From positions 46,118 to 110,117 of the forward strand of contig JBEHYY010000005.1 of assembly GCA_048497935.1 (NCBI GenBank): a DNA stretch of 64,000 nt, given 5' to 3'. This stretch comes from Verrucomicrobiota bacterium (lineage in GTDB: Bacteria; Verrucomicrobiota; Verrucomicrobiia; Opitutales; JABDGR01). Position numbers and translations under genes: made by a program. Every line of letters starts with the position of its first letter. Positions within the stretch are counted from its first letter, which is position 1. The notes under the pieces are model-generated. The model was not told the origin of the DNA. It saw only the letters and a program-made list of their open reading frames with translations, and ran no database searches. Below, one piece after another: positions 62,101 through 64,000 of the stretch.

Positions 62101-64000
62101 GCGTGCTGCTTTGCAAGGCCTGCGCACTGCCAATAATAAGTGTACCGGATGTAATAAAGGTGCCGCCAGTAAAGGTGTTGTTACCGGTGAGCAAGAGGCT
62201 GGTGCCGGTGCCCGCCTGAGTGACGGAGCCCGTGCCTGACAGCACGGCTGAATAAGTCGTGGTGTTGCTGGCGCCATCGGGGGCTTCCTTGAAGATCAAG
62301 GCGGCGTTGTTCTGCAAGGGGGAATTAAACAACTGGCCACTGACCAAGCCATTGCCCAATTGCAGTGTGCCGCCGTTGACGATGGTGGGGCCAACATAGG
62401 TGTAGTTGCCGAGCAGAGTGAGGCAGCCAGAACCGGCTTTGATGATGCCGCCGACGCCCGAGAAGGCCGTGGTGAGGACGATGTTGTTGCCGTTGGTGTC
62501 CAGGGTGTTCAAGTCATTCGTGGGACCGGTGCCGAGGACGGGATTCAAAATGCTGCTGAGGTCCGTCGTGGTGCCCGTGGTCCATTGCAAGCCGCCGCCG
62601 AGCAGCGTCAGGCTGCTGGGCCCACCGTTGCCAAAGCTACGCAACGAGTTGAAGTTGATCAGGCCGCCTTCGGCCAACACGCCACCCGTGAAGGTGTTGA
62701 AACCGGTGAGGGTAAGGGTGCCGCCGCCGACTTTGGTCAGGCTGCCGTTGCCGGAGATGATGCCGGTGAAGGTGCTGCTCAAATTGTTTTGCCCCACGGT
62801 GAGGGCAACCGGCGCATTGCCGGTGGTGAGCAAGGAAAGATTGCCGTTGCCACTGAGACCAGCGAGCGTGGCCAAGGCCTGCGTGCCGAAGCTGAAGGTG
62901 CCGGCGCCGGCATTGAGCACCAAGATGCTGTTTTGCAGGGCGAGCGCGTTACCGAGCACGAGGGTGCCGGAATACACGGTGGTGTTGCCGGTGTAAGAAT
63001 TGATGCCAGACAGAGTCAGCGTGGTGTTCGGGCCGGCAATCGCATTGCCCAAGGTGAAGTTGCCAGTGGTGACAACGCCCGAGCCATCGCTGCCGGAGGC
63101 CAAGCCGGCGGTAACGGTGCCGTTGGTGGTCGAATTGCTGTTGATGGCGCTGACAATGCTGCTGGCCGTGCTGGTGATGCCCGGGTCCACACCGCCGGTG
63201 AGGCTGGTGTTGCCCAGCACACTCACGTTGCCGGCACCGGTGCTGTTGGCGGCAAAGGAAACCGTCACCAAGGCAGCAGCGGTGGCGTTGGTATTGATCA
63301 AGTCGCGGATGCTGGAGGCGGTGGAGGTAATAACGCCAGTGGCGTTGGTGGCGAGGTTGACCGTGATGGCGTTGCCGGAAATGCTCAAGCTGGCCGGGCT
63401 GTTGGCGCCCGGATTCACGTAGGCGATGGAGAGGCCGTTGCCTTGCACGCCCAATTTGGTGGTCGAGTTGGCGGCGAAGATAAGGTCCGCATTGCCGCCA
63501 AAGGCGGTGGTGAAGCTGGAGGCGACGCCATTGCTGTCCGTGGCGAGGCTGACGGTGACCACGTTGCCCGAAACGGAAACCGCGAGGCCCGCGCCGTTCA
63601 ACAACGGGTTGACGTAATTGACGGTGACACCGTTGCCCGCCGCGCCGGTGCTGACGGCACGATAAATCGCGTTCGTGTTGGTGCCGCCCAGGTTCGTGAT
63701 ATTCGAGGCAAGAACGCCGGGGTTGACGCCCACATTACCGCTGCCGGAAATGGTGGCGGTGATGTTGGTTGTGGTCGGCTCGTTAAAGTAAACATTGGCG
63801 TTGTTGATCAAGTTGCCCACGACCGAACCGGCATTGGTGACATTACCCAGCGCCAAAGTGCCGGTGGTGACCGTCGTGCCGCCGGTGTAGGCTTCCGAGC
63901 CGACAAAAGTCATGATGCCGGCACCGGAGCGCACAACCACGCCGCCCGCGCCGGAGAGAATGTGGGCGGACAAGGTGACGTCATTGCCATTCGTATCCAA
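38162..64000 (-). CDS. Giant PEP-CTERM-anchored surface protein built from autotransporter-associated beta-strand repeats; 5' end outside the window (more than 8,612 aa)
   Basis: One frame is open for 25,839 nt and still open at base 64000. The body is pervasive G/N/T/S/L-rich ~30-aa repeats (..LTKxGxGTLxLxGxNTYTGxTxIxxGTL..). A C-terminal PEP-CTERM signal is present. Stop TAA at 38164..38162. Confidence 0.9.
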   Translation of the reverse strand: MDTNGNDVTLSAHILSGAGGVVVRSGAGIMTFVGSEAYTGGTTVTTGTLALGNVTNAGSVVGNLINNANVYFNEPTTTNITATISGSGNVGVNPGVLASNITNLGGTNTNAIYRAVSTGAAGNGVTVNYVNPLLNGAGLAVSVSGNVVTVSLATDSNGVASSFTTAFGGNADLIFAANSTTKLGVQGNGLSIAYVNPGANSPASLSISGNAITVNLATNATGVITSTASSIRDLINTNATAAALVTVSFAANSTGAGNVSVLGNTSLTGGVDPGITSTASSIVSAINSNSTTNGTVTAGLASGSDGSGVVTTGNFTLGNAIAGPNTTLTLSGINSYTGNTTVYSGTLVLGNALALQNSILVLNAGAGTFSFGTQALATLAGLSGNGNLSLLTTGNAPVALTVGQNNLSSTFTGIISGNGSLTKVGGGTLTLTGFNTFTGGVLAEGGLINFNSLRSFGNGGPSSLTLLGGGLQWTTGTTTDLSSILNPVLGTGPTNDLNTLDTNGNNIVLTTAFSGVGGIIKAGSGCLTLLGNYTYVGPTIVNGGTLQLGNGLVSGQLFNSPLQNNAALIFKEAPDGASNTTTYSAVLSGTGSVTQAGTGTSLLLTGNNTFTGGTFITSGTLIIGSAQALQSSTLTYDTGSNNGTLTFGSGITSANFGGLSGNKGIVLQNQDSNAVALTVGTANSTTTYTGNLSGAGSFIKTGFGTFTLGNSTTNNTFSGGMIINNTANPAATGTVGVVIFNALTNASASFGTGPITWTGGEIRYVSGSTADISANGLVLGNFTNNVLTPNLVLNTGPSGNNITLAGPISGGNIQVTVLAAGKSLIIANNDTYAGTTVIPVGGTSNSSNSTVAANSTGTILQLGNGTNAGSLTGPIVIGANSSQLIFNEPAGSTVTISSNISGALPTNGTPSFMIQQGAGNVDLTGTNSLISTLSITGTGNIIIDNTFALNTVNFQSSTTNGQLIFGAGAGTFVNLGGLSGNGNYVLQDVTGNAVTLTVGNSNYTVGVTPYNGTLSGNGSFVKAGTGSLVVVGQQHYLGTTTISGGTLVLGNTTQLGSVDSTSITDTLNLQFSGPSSAQQKTGVPISGLGGNLTIAGGSQYKFIYTGNASLLTGSANINANNILQLGDGTVGNDGLLGGAIIDSGNLIFQETSNITVSSSISGTGNIILNSTVGAASLALGGGGNSSLTYVATTPGTGGNSINIVYAVAGNNTPLSVSVSGSTITINLATNATGVPTSTAANVLNLLQSNATVAGLVSVSMPVGTVGSTVLGAMSSTPLANGGNLALSTITLAGNNSVNGTVTIANGATLILANQQALFNATLNLTLGNNTTNGNISFGNLSAVNLGGLTGNGGMNGTNVLDITNINLTVGFGAASTTYGGILFSNSSIGNGNLFVTGNTVNGSVGATFTLLANQQYTGTTSINIGTLVLGNGTQNAASIISNSTGVTVTSGSTGSGGNLANITSSLTFKGAAGAATFSIPISGNGGVIVNGTALQNIIFNTAQLYTGSTNVTANNILTIGNGSTGSITGNSLLIIGGTLNLDQPSASLNTLTNTLSGAGTLALINASNVSLAPTTSNFSGNVIIAQNALLTLGSNIALQNATLNTTLVNTSTNGNFSFGTLTNATIGALTGNKDIALNTTSNTAVALSLGSGAAASTYSGNLSGLGSLTKIGSGTAATLSGTQNYSGALTLSAGTLTVSGNLQVGGGLVEANGGNLILSGTNNTFTGGAVINGTVNFSANNSFGNGTSNNAMQMTNGTLIWGANNLDPTNPTGAGNALGVLYLLATNGLAGGTNEFRLTGANNATLVGNIAGAGNLTINTSTGTFTLGATGYTVTSNSTTQTTYNLFNGTTLISAGTLALGSNTALANSTLNYVSGTLKFNTGITAPVLGGLNGTQNLTLVPTTAANMTLTVGGNGQDTIYSGVLSGNGGTNAATLIKTGAGTLTLNGTNTFNGTTTINGGLINFVALSAFGVNTTANTTAHPVGTAAEIILQGGGIQWGANTVIDVTRDISITGNAAASLTTNMTNANANITITALNPGANGNNITVSFVNPGTVNATAGLSITGNAIVVNLATDANGTITSNASSIIALINGNATANVSVIAANVAASNGTGLLSAANSANLTNGGNTLDTLNTNGNNEQLSLVPLSGTGVLVKAGLGTLTITQPENWTGVYNGTANSTFVGSTTVITGGTLQIGNGAALGGTSANFTVPSVVGTITDNANLTLNFARDINFSNNITGTGNLTINGTNTGRASITADNFTGSTTVANGNLTFTAVTAGTNGNSLQIRYVVAGNNTPLSLNISGNVITVNLATNATGVGTSTALQVLNLIQGNTSANNLLNVQLASGNGTGVLTAMGLTNLTGGSNSIAGTNITLSGNNSFSGVTNISNTTGNLILGSNTALNNSTLSYNVGNGNLSFGTLTNASFGGLTGNRNIRLTQSDNTTAMNLTVGNNNNSTTYTGIFSGSGSLTKSGTGTLSLTAVNTYTGGTRITGGFISFSSNSSAQFGSGNIILAGGGLQYNSGITFDLSGNLDPVNGLSSGIDTIDTFVNNVTFSSVLAGAGTLGKAGAGTLFLNALNTYTGGTLITGGLINFNSLSNFGSGNITLQGGGVQWGASTTTDISARIAALNVGNDTFDTGTNPTVTLATALSGAGTFVKAGSGTLILAVNGQENYTGGTIINSGTLQLGDGVVNTTMNTTLPAFSNILDNGTLSFKQGGSSIFSGVISGTGNLIQAGTQNLTLTGNNTFSGTTLVTAGTLILGGNLVLQNSTFTYNIGNGNLSFSSLTNATFGGLSGNKNLALNNVNTLGVALTVGTNNSDTTYAGNLTGNGSLTKVGAGTLTLNGTNSYLGNTTISSGTLSIGSAGGLASSGILNITNGSLLNSSGSALTISNNQTWSGTLNWKGNFTIGAASVDTLQSNTTLLLNNNTLTLGGNVVTSGNTGQTLLVTGAGNLNITGPVNLSSNLNADHISASGVGLTVTVGTGGVLTANTTGNQGTNTFGLADGDVTTLALTGNGQFISNVELDLSDIGGSTGSANTTVTIGGTSQLMASIMWLGRGSTSDDLADSAVTNVIQNGGTVTLTGNGANLRFGNQISLSFGSTTTSYILSGGNLVTNGILGANIGSTGSAILTLNGGNLVAGANNTNFINGLNSTLVSTGGASIDTNGFNVTISANLLHDINGTAVDGGLTKRGNGVLTIGTNQINTYTGNTTILGGTLAVATDVALGGNVTSSIIFGGNGTLQASGNFTLSKTRSIVLNSGMIGTLSTGNNNLTYAGSITGSGSLGVAGNGTLRLSGTNNYTGSTIINSGTLLLDFSTPGAPQNSIINAVSALVLNGSDVVTVSTLDNSFSIGSTNLVVKSIEANLTNNQTFSNTTISGGTGTASITIAGSSSGANPTVNLNLGTTISRTSGGLLYLSTNGTGTLNFLTTSNASLNATAIVGTDNTPFVLIGTGDNTDWAARSGTSANASIVSLSSIGGYSNVTSGGSGTGNINNSLVKNASLPADGSTIVLSANKDLAVLSVLSGNGTATLLLNQGGNFTLNLGGILYSSSVTGLGAAIAGGTLAPRTSGGDVVIVQNNILHPFTIDSGRLIDIGTLSTNLIKAGAGTLNLGDDTSGSPANAFTGKTYLDAGAINLDRPAGSFFADNRYLSNSIVYFQGGNLTVGADNAYIGGMAGNAATSLGSSGILHLSPLNSTNPTYSGQFVINGATTIEMDGPGSQTLNNTVNSNAFALNMILHGGTLNFANNAVLGVNGSLIMNGGSFDNVSGANMTLISTPIYLNGGMTFVGTSNMSLGTGAVVVATDSVITVNNGSTLTLGGVISGTTNSTTALPGGTGNINSGANITLQGNGNLVLSGNNANVASNGTSGGFTGNFLVNGGNLSFGSDNNLGNGNSTNFTVGSITLNGGSLNPTASLTLNANRTIFLGDANTSSSTTGTGSINVNNGVTMTFSGNIKNAAGGSNDSLGKTGNGTLILTGLGGASNFSGGVYINAGTLNINYDSTNSTAAAADAVLGAPGGNITFTGNSTFLAGNVIDIQAARTVNVNPGVVGTFNTGANTVTLEGNIAGSGSLIKSGSGLLVLNGTNSSLFTGGFTLSAGTLDLVNNSSLGNGGLLTFTGGSFDATGAGNITLANNNPLAFNGSFSYLGSLYSFNFGTGAVTLNASPTITVGNNTLTVDGNISGAGFGIRKAGNGTLILGGTNSYNGTTNITAGTLVLDHTQSVAPANNILNTSSFLALTGGSKLSILGNTTNSEAVTGTTINGGASISLTKGSGALSLDLGTLTYNSGGALSFVAANFGTGANVTTSSGTDGAMLTDPATGMPYAFVNQSDFAAKNGTLIVAYSTLAGAKYFGDTNQDPTNSTLVLGGNLGFTGGNTGIPAGGAPITVNNTYTLNALRFDDQYGSNKSNIIVLNNTLALNAILVTSNVTGAGNVTFSEAGSGTIKPANLNGALMIATWAPNATTINVTLANNGTTSSITKFGNGNLVLGGINTFTGTLYNSGGNVIFDRAGGATTTLAVQNATVSVNNQGGTYLFGPSIVTANLGGLVGSGTLNLMNTNTTAALPVTLNFAGVANATSVFSGILTGNGSVVINGPGQQTLSGASNYTGGTTLNGGTLAIGNAAALGTGGFLYTFGNIDSTTGNTTLNSIPITLNTSLISYVGTGNLSLGTGTLAFGSQDFTVYVGNNTLTLAGTLNGTGNLAKSGNGTLVLSGNNRANGSNITDITIGGGTLSFSSNTNLGPNPNSNNFPNFITLANNATLSTNSSPTLDGNQSIFINGSGVINVGAGQTLNFSNPIKGTGDLYKTGTGNISSSSTSSTFQGNIFVQQGFLVVANVSGNTWGAGANIYLQGAGSGYFLNGNGINDADNLIITPSPISNNNTSQLLTQRTSGGNDSFSGSITSTASNVTLVLQFFGNNQTYSPSGNVLGFNGTFLVISPGSANWRILGSSTANTTYLNNISPSLAGQTTTFNGTGLFANGSFPVILSAGASPNAVYDMGNSTTVPATATLTLFVANQGNTFQYFGDVRNGGVNTLLGGANSSGVTYVVGSLNLNSEFDGVLQDGGLNNRFSKIGTGTWTLTGPNTYNSIMYVTQGVLQIGNGGTTGQLGVNSTGFASSAYVYSTLAFNRSDNYNVVNLISGPGSVEQRGAGILTLNVSNNYTGATIMSGGTIQTSFIGDAYAPSSIGAASTLTSGLIFNGGRLQYVGSASSTDRAFTISHNGGTLDASGTGLLTFSNPGNVGVSGTGVSESLSLGGNGTGLMQGIFVDDGAGATSINKVDSGTWTLQGTQPYSGATTISNGYMMFTGSVPNSNVIVTGSSVNGTAVNGTLTNVNGTGNISRVTVSTGGILNPTIGGLGNMTLGNLTFNGGIYNIDLNLASAGNTTFAGTTLNGDLLHILNNLNVTAGGGYNFLVNGTTFTTPGTYALFQMDHPGNITGSLGNLSWISQQIGFNTNIAPLGSNSSILAVTITFTPGAGYWTGNTGTSGLWSASSGNFWFNNTPASGAGTIAVFPAIQSGAYNVTVDAPFTIGGATFSGINTYTVNGSSALTLNNSGSTAPLTVQGGVHAISAPMILAANAGLTANATASTQLNLLGNISDINGTVSGNVTVSGAGIVELFGNNTYKGRTTLQSGTTVINNVNSLGLNGNIIMAGGTLQWTAPADITTNHTVLITAPTAIFDTNGQTVTLAGNLGGGSVANITKIGNGVLILRGFNSSSSSGYVGDTLINGGFINFDILNNFGLGNIHLNGGGLQWNAGSVTDISQFNIFLDANGGTFDTNGSNVTLTNPIGRAGSGSLTKTGNGVLTLSASNQGNITGNVIINGGTTNGTLGGISISSDLQLGSVPSLAIPAITLNGGALIVSSNVTLSGNRNIVIGNGSAGNFTGTFIIPANTTLTYSSVISNNGSSTGNLVVQGGGTLRFGSGQAGLYTGGTIVNASTLDYTLLGSGGGELGPGNITFLGNSAALFTNVGGFAGNRLIVDTGANLTLNVGSSSTNSFGGFNLVGGGNVSLTAIGFIMQITGALGNFTGCLTLQATTASGNTFRFDPSSGLANGTLIVGTNTTIQVRDATGVTRSLGSLFGDSTAVVGGGQTTAGAVTWNIGAGGRTSTYSGRITGGGGNTVSLNIVNGTFVLNTDNSTVNTWNGVTTISPSGIFQVGDGITVNTVLGNHTAGGLVDNGLLILNLPINGTKNLSSILSQNSSAADITGTGNVIDLIPGTLVLDAATNAFSGYLDVEGGTIQAGTLALGGNPSPIGKGANTPDSLILNGATLVLQGTTALGNSTITTDRRFTIGNATANNGATIAVNDSGSNGSDVNFLSGGALVVTNTAPSANLTLTGNHAGVSTMNPSLLNNGSTVAGVIKSGTTSWILAGTSNNYTGATNVTNGNLALSGNFGATAVKLNSSTAAISGNGVVVGSLNMTTGNLSPGINVVQVAGVPNATTVIGGPAISTTTDIDGNITSVSTAASLLTFGSANITGGQLNFTFNPAGGNTSHGTTDLFNGIVVTGLNGLSLSNATMFNFYNYDLGFSGKVLTGNSSMLNTAIQSNQWSVTGNYNLFQYTGTLGGNSALTVANVLNPVLGDIYTFGTTTVGNISYLFVNIQLNPPNYSWVGNVSNRDGTGNWSDSTRWFNGNVAGVGGGVGAVASFPAFNDNAATVTLDENVSLSGLSFTTPNSYNLTSLSGNAITFSNGGNLSTIDVSSGNHTVSSDILVTTAGLSLNPHVGLTLNLTSNIGQTTSGGFLTMNSAGSVIISGNSTYSGGFVLNGGTLNINGSGSNTTGPLGTGTFTLNGGTLNNTSGSAVVLAVNNSIVVNATINFIGSNNLDLGAGAVTLLRNTTANIAAGNLTFGGIVGDAGNAYSLTITGNGNLVLNGNSTYTGITDLEGGNLRLGGSLGGDVFINNVNSTLNVRNGGLAVKTVGNLSLLNGTLNGNGTLAATAIFAQNGNIAANLTGAGAVTVNTSNSVTISSPNSDFSGGVDLQAGTLNVNSATALGTGVLTISGGTLSGSTGAPVNLTTNNAVAVNTTAFTFGSNRTLNLGTGTVTLNNSSTINLAQASGNLIAGSLAGNGNSLTTTGNGKMALTGNVDLSNGTASTTRLTVGGNSTLTLATNGNLTLTNSNGNLAVLVGNASNNSNATLNITGNANITAGEIDLANTTNTGSVVTALVNMTGNVNLVAPSIWVSRGNSGVGGSTDATFILANGTATLNGLVNGSNLALALSGVSTNSNNATFILGGTNTSATLTLDGDIGRFNGNNTGSAILSIANGTIIPTVSSTTFLQGLTSANIGAGGLTFNTTGVNITVAQNLSHDASIGGGQDGGLTKVGNGSLTLTGSSSYTGNTNINAGTVSLGNGSITSATIQGASVNVASGATFQIFSSNLSVPVVANGSVVTNSGSVINANVTVNNGGNVSGLGTLNGTTTVLGGGILAPGTSNGGGSLTLNGSLNLAANSVLNYFLSSGNVMDSLVLSGATGLNFGGLAVKVNMFTNSGGLLLTPGTYTIGTSSTGIFSNISGLVWNNSPGSTYSSSFFQLAANNTILNLVVQSTLAPNQWNVDANGSWNTPSNWSFASANHSLTPNGPNGVGEIAIFPSTILNSPRTITLNAGNVSTITLGGMQFSSSVPFTINAGNVSSFTFDNGAASVATLSLVGGIENINAALVTTSNSSLTLDIDSTSTLNLGAGIQGTNNVLVSNVGNLVITGNNSFTGNFIINGGVVTLAGNNTASLAGKTLQVNSGAKLNLNNATAVGASTATLVVNGGTIDNTSGSAKTLTSNNAMTWLTGFTFTGTNDLNLGTGNVSITAGNVSLNLVAGNLTVSGSIQDSSAGKGITKTGNGVLILRGASAYSGLTNIQQGTVQVAGGTNRLPTATSVVLGSGTNSGTLILGDSAAVANQNLAGLTTSGTGNHNAVISGNNNLSTLTLLIAGTNNYNGTIGLGGVNTTVTAANEIAVTKTGVGTLTLSGNNTYLGGTRISAGTLAITSATSLGVNNSDTATGVTIGNGATNGTLEVTANISSARWITLNGTNATILVDPGMTYSLTANSNVSGNATSNLLKSGAGTLAVSGGSNYSGNTTVSAGTLQLGVDNWVPSNSSLTVSSGATFSLNNFNDTLGSLAGAGNVSLGNGTLTTGSNNLATTYTGVISGTGNLVKIGTGNLIIAGADTFTGSTNISAGTLTVNGSIALQFSNVNYNTGDGNLAFGSGVTSATLGALNGNKDLVLANTAASAVNLSIGNDLIDSTYSGNFSGAGSLTKIGNDTLTISGNNSQVGGVTVNAGTLTETGTNTYTGVTSVAAGAIFNLGDGGTESSVTSNISNNGTFNYNRATSGTTTYAGAITGNGETNLSGFGPSSPANSQDTTPNSVTANASVQTNNINSFTQFGSTLILTGNNTNSGTTTVNNLALVLKGKLASQVVVNNGAILGGNGTINNNVDMNGGFAPGYDLTTSMTLTNVTHKGTSYQASAFATLTINGNLTWNPDNVFNNEFHLNSANITALSDKIVVTGNIIYSGSNHDIEFDFDDTGFYNGVTPTVYTLMTSNTSLSSIGLSASDFHAVNVGPGGVYNDYNQSYFIFANGGKDLQFVVVPEPATWGLIAGGLMMLLGLRRKRLAKAAAQSNKA
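38165..38275 (-). other. PEP-CTERM sorting signal (exosortase-type C-terminal anchor)
   Basis: VVVPEPATWGLIAGGLMMLLGLRRKRLAKAAAQSNKA: the PEP motif (codons 38258..38266), a hydrophobic helix, then a basic cluster. Confidence 0.85.
41360..41701 (-). repeat. Internal copy 3 of the pre-anchor C-terminal-type domain (no PEP-CTERM after it)
   Basis: GGSLTLNGSLNL...MDSLVLSGATGLNFGGLAVKVNMF...TPGTYTIGTSSTGIFSNISGLVW...ILNLVVQSTLAP. It is followed immediately at 41359 by NQWNVDANGSWNTPSNWSF...IAIFP. Confidence 0.6.
44186..44602 (-). repeat. Internal copy 2 of the pre-anchor C-terminal-type domain
   Basis: LLTFGSANITGGQLNFTF...TDLFNGIVVTGLNGLSLSNATMFNF...GNYNLFQYTGTLGG...YLFVNIQLNPP. It is followed at 44185 by NYSWVGNVSNRDGTGNWSDSTRWFNG...VASFP. 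Confidence 0.6.
47582..47932 (-). repeat. Internal copy 1 of the pre-anchor C-terminal-type domain
   Basis: GNMTLGNLTFNGGIYNIDLN...GDLLHILNNLNVTAGGGYNFLVNG...TPGTYALFQMDHPGNITGSLGNLSW...ILAVTITFTP. It is followed at 47581 by GAGYWTGNTGTSGLWSASSGNFWFNN...IAVFP. Confidence 0.6.
56906..57187 (-). repeat. 'LATNATG' insert module, copy 4
   Basis: NGNSLQIRYVVAGNNTPLSLNISGNVITVNLATNATGVGTSTALQVLNLIQGNTSANNLLNVQLASGNGTGVLTAMGLTNLTGG. Confidence 0.6.
57617..57928 (-). repeat. 'LATNATG' insert module, copy 3
   Basis: NGNNITVSFVNPGTVNATAGLSITGNAIVVNLATDANGTITSNASSIIALINGNATANVSVIAANVAASNGTGLLSAANSANLTNGG. Confidence 0.6.
60155..60442 (-). repeat. 'LATNATG' insert module, copy 2
   Basis: GGNSINIVYAVAGNNTPLSVSVSGSTITINLATNATGVPTSTAANVLNLLQSNATVAGLVSVSMPVGTVGSTVLGAMSSTPLANGG. 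Confidence 0.6.
63056..63664 (-). repeat. 'LATNATG' insert modules, copies 1a, 1b and partial 1c, inside the giant protein
   Basis: Copy 1a: ..GVTVNYVNPLLNGAGLAVSVSGNVVTVSLATDSNGV... Copy 1b: LSIAYVNPGANSPASLSISGNAITVNLATNATGVITSTASSIRDLINTNATAAALVTVSFAANSTGAG. Copy 1c (partial): ...GITSTASSIVSAINSN. Confidence 0.6.

Overview
High-GC bacterial chromosomal window. It is probably from a Verrucomicrobiota-like organism; this is an inference from the giant PEP-CTERM, autotransporter-associated beta-strand-repeat protein, not a database result.

Left to right:
- A multi-pass membrane protein, open at the left window edge.
- A complete F1Fo ATP synthase operon, atpB-E-F-H-A-G-D-C (1.8-8.6 kb).
- A PhnB/VOC-like gene.
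- tRNA-Met(CAT), followed by a low-GC 0.8-kb insertion. The insertion is bounded by an exact 42-bp duplicate of the tRNA 3' half and carries one orphan membrane protein and no integrase.
- A tiny N/G/S-rich lipoprotein.
- A ~2,900-aa cyclic beta-1,2-glucan synthase-like protein.
- Small stress-type membrane proteins (DUF1328, DUF3185).
- A ~12-kb two-component cluster headed by a 1,896-aa cytoplasmic poly-HAMP hybrid kinase. Its only DNA-binding output is one LuxR-type response regulator.
- A stress-protein neighbourhood: CsbD, a standalone LigD 3'-phosphoesterase, DUF5069, SYLF and two DUF892 genes.
- 25.8 kb (40% of the window) of one minus-strand ORF. It encodes more than 8,612 aa of a PEP-CTERM-anchored beta-strand-repeat protein whose N-terminus lies beyond the window.

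Most notable observations:
1. The giant ORF contains three internal junctions where a C-terminal-type domain runs directly into an N-terminal-type W-rich domain. It looks like several complete PEP-CTERM repeat proteins fused head to tail.
2. An 18-bp palindrome, TTGGTGTTTAAACACCAA, and close variants sit in three divergent promoter regions. These link the kinase cluster, the LuxR regulator and the stress genes.
3. The miniature insertion flanked by the tRNA 3'-half duplicate.
4. The poly-HAMP region is an exact 276-bp-period tandem array.

No CRISPR array, rRNA, transposase or integrase was seen. All family names come from motif recognition by eye; no searches were run.
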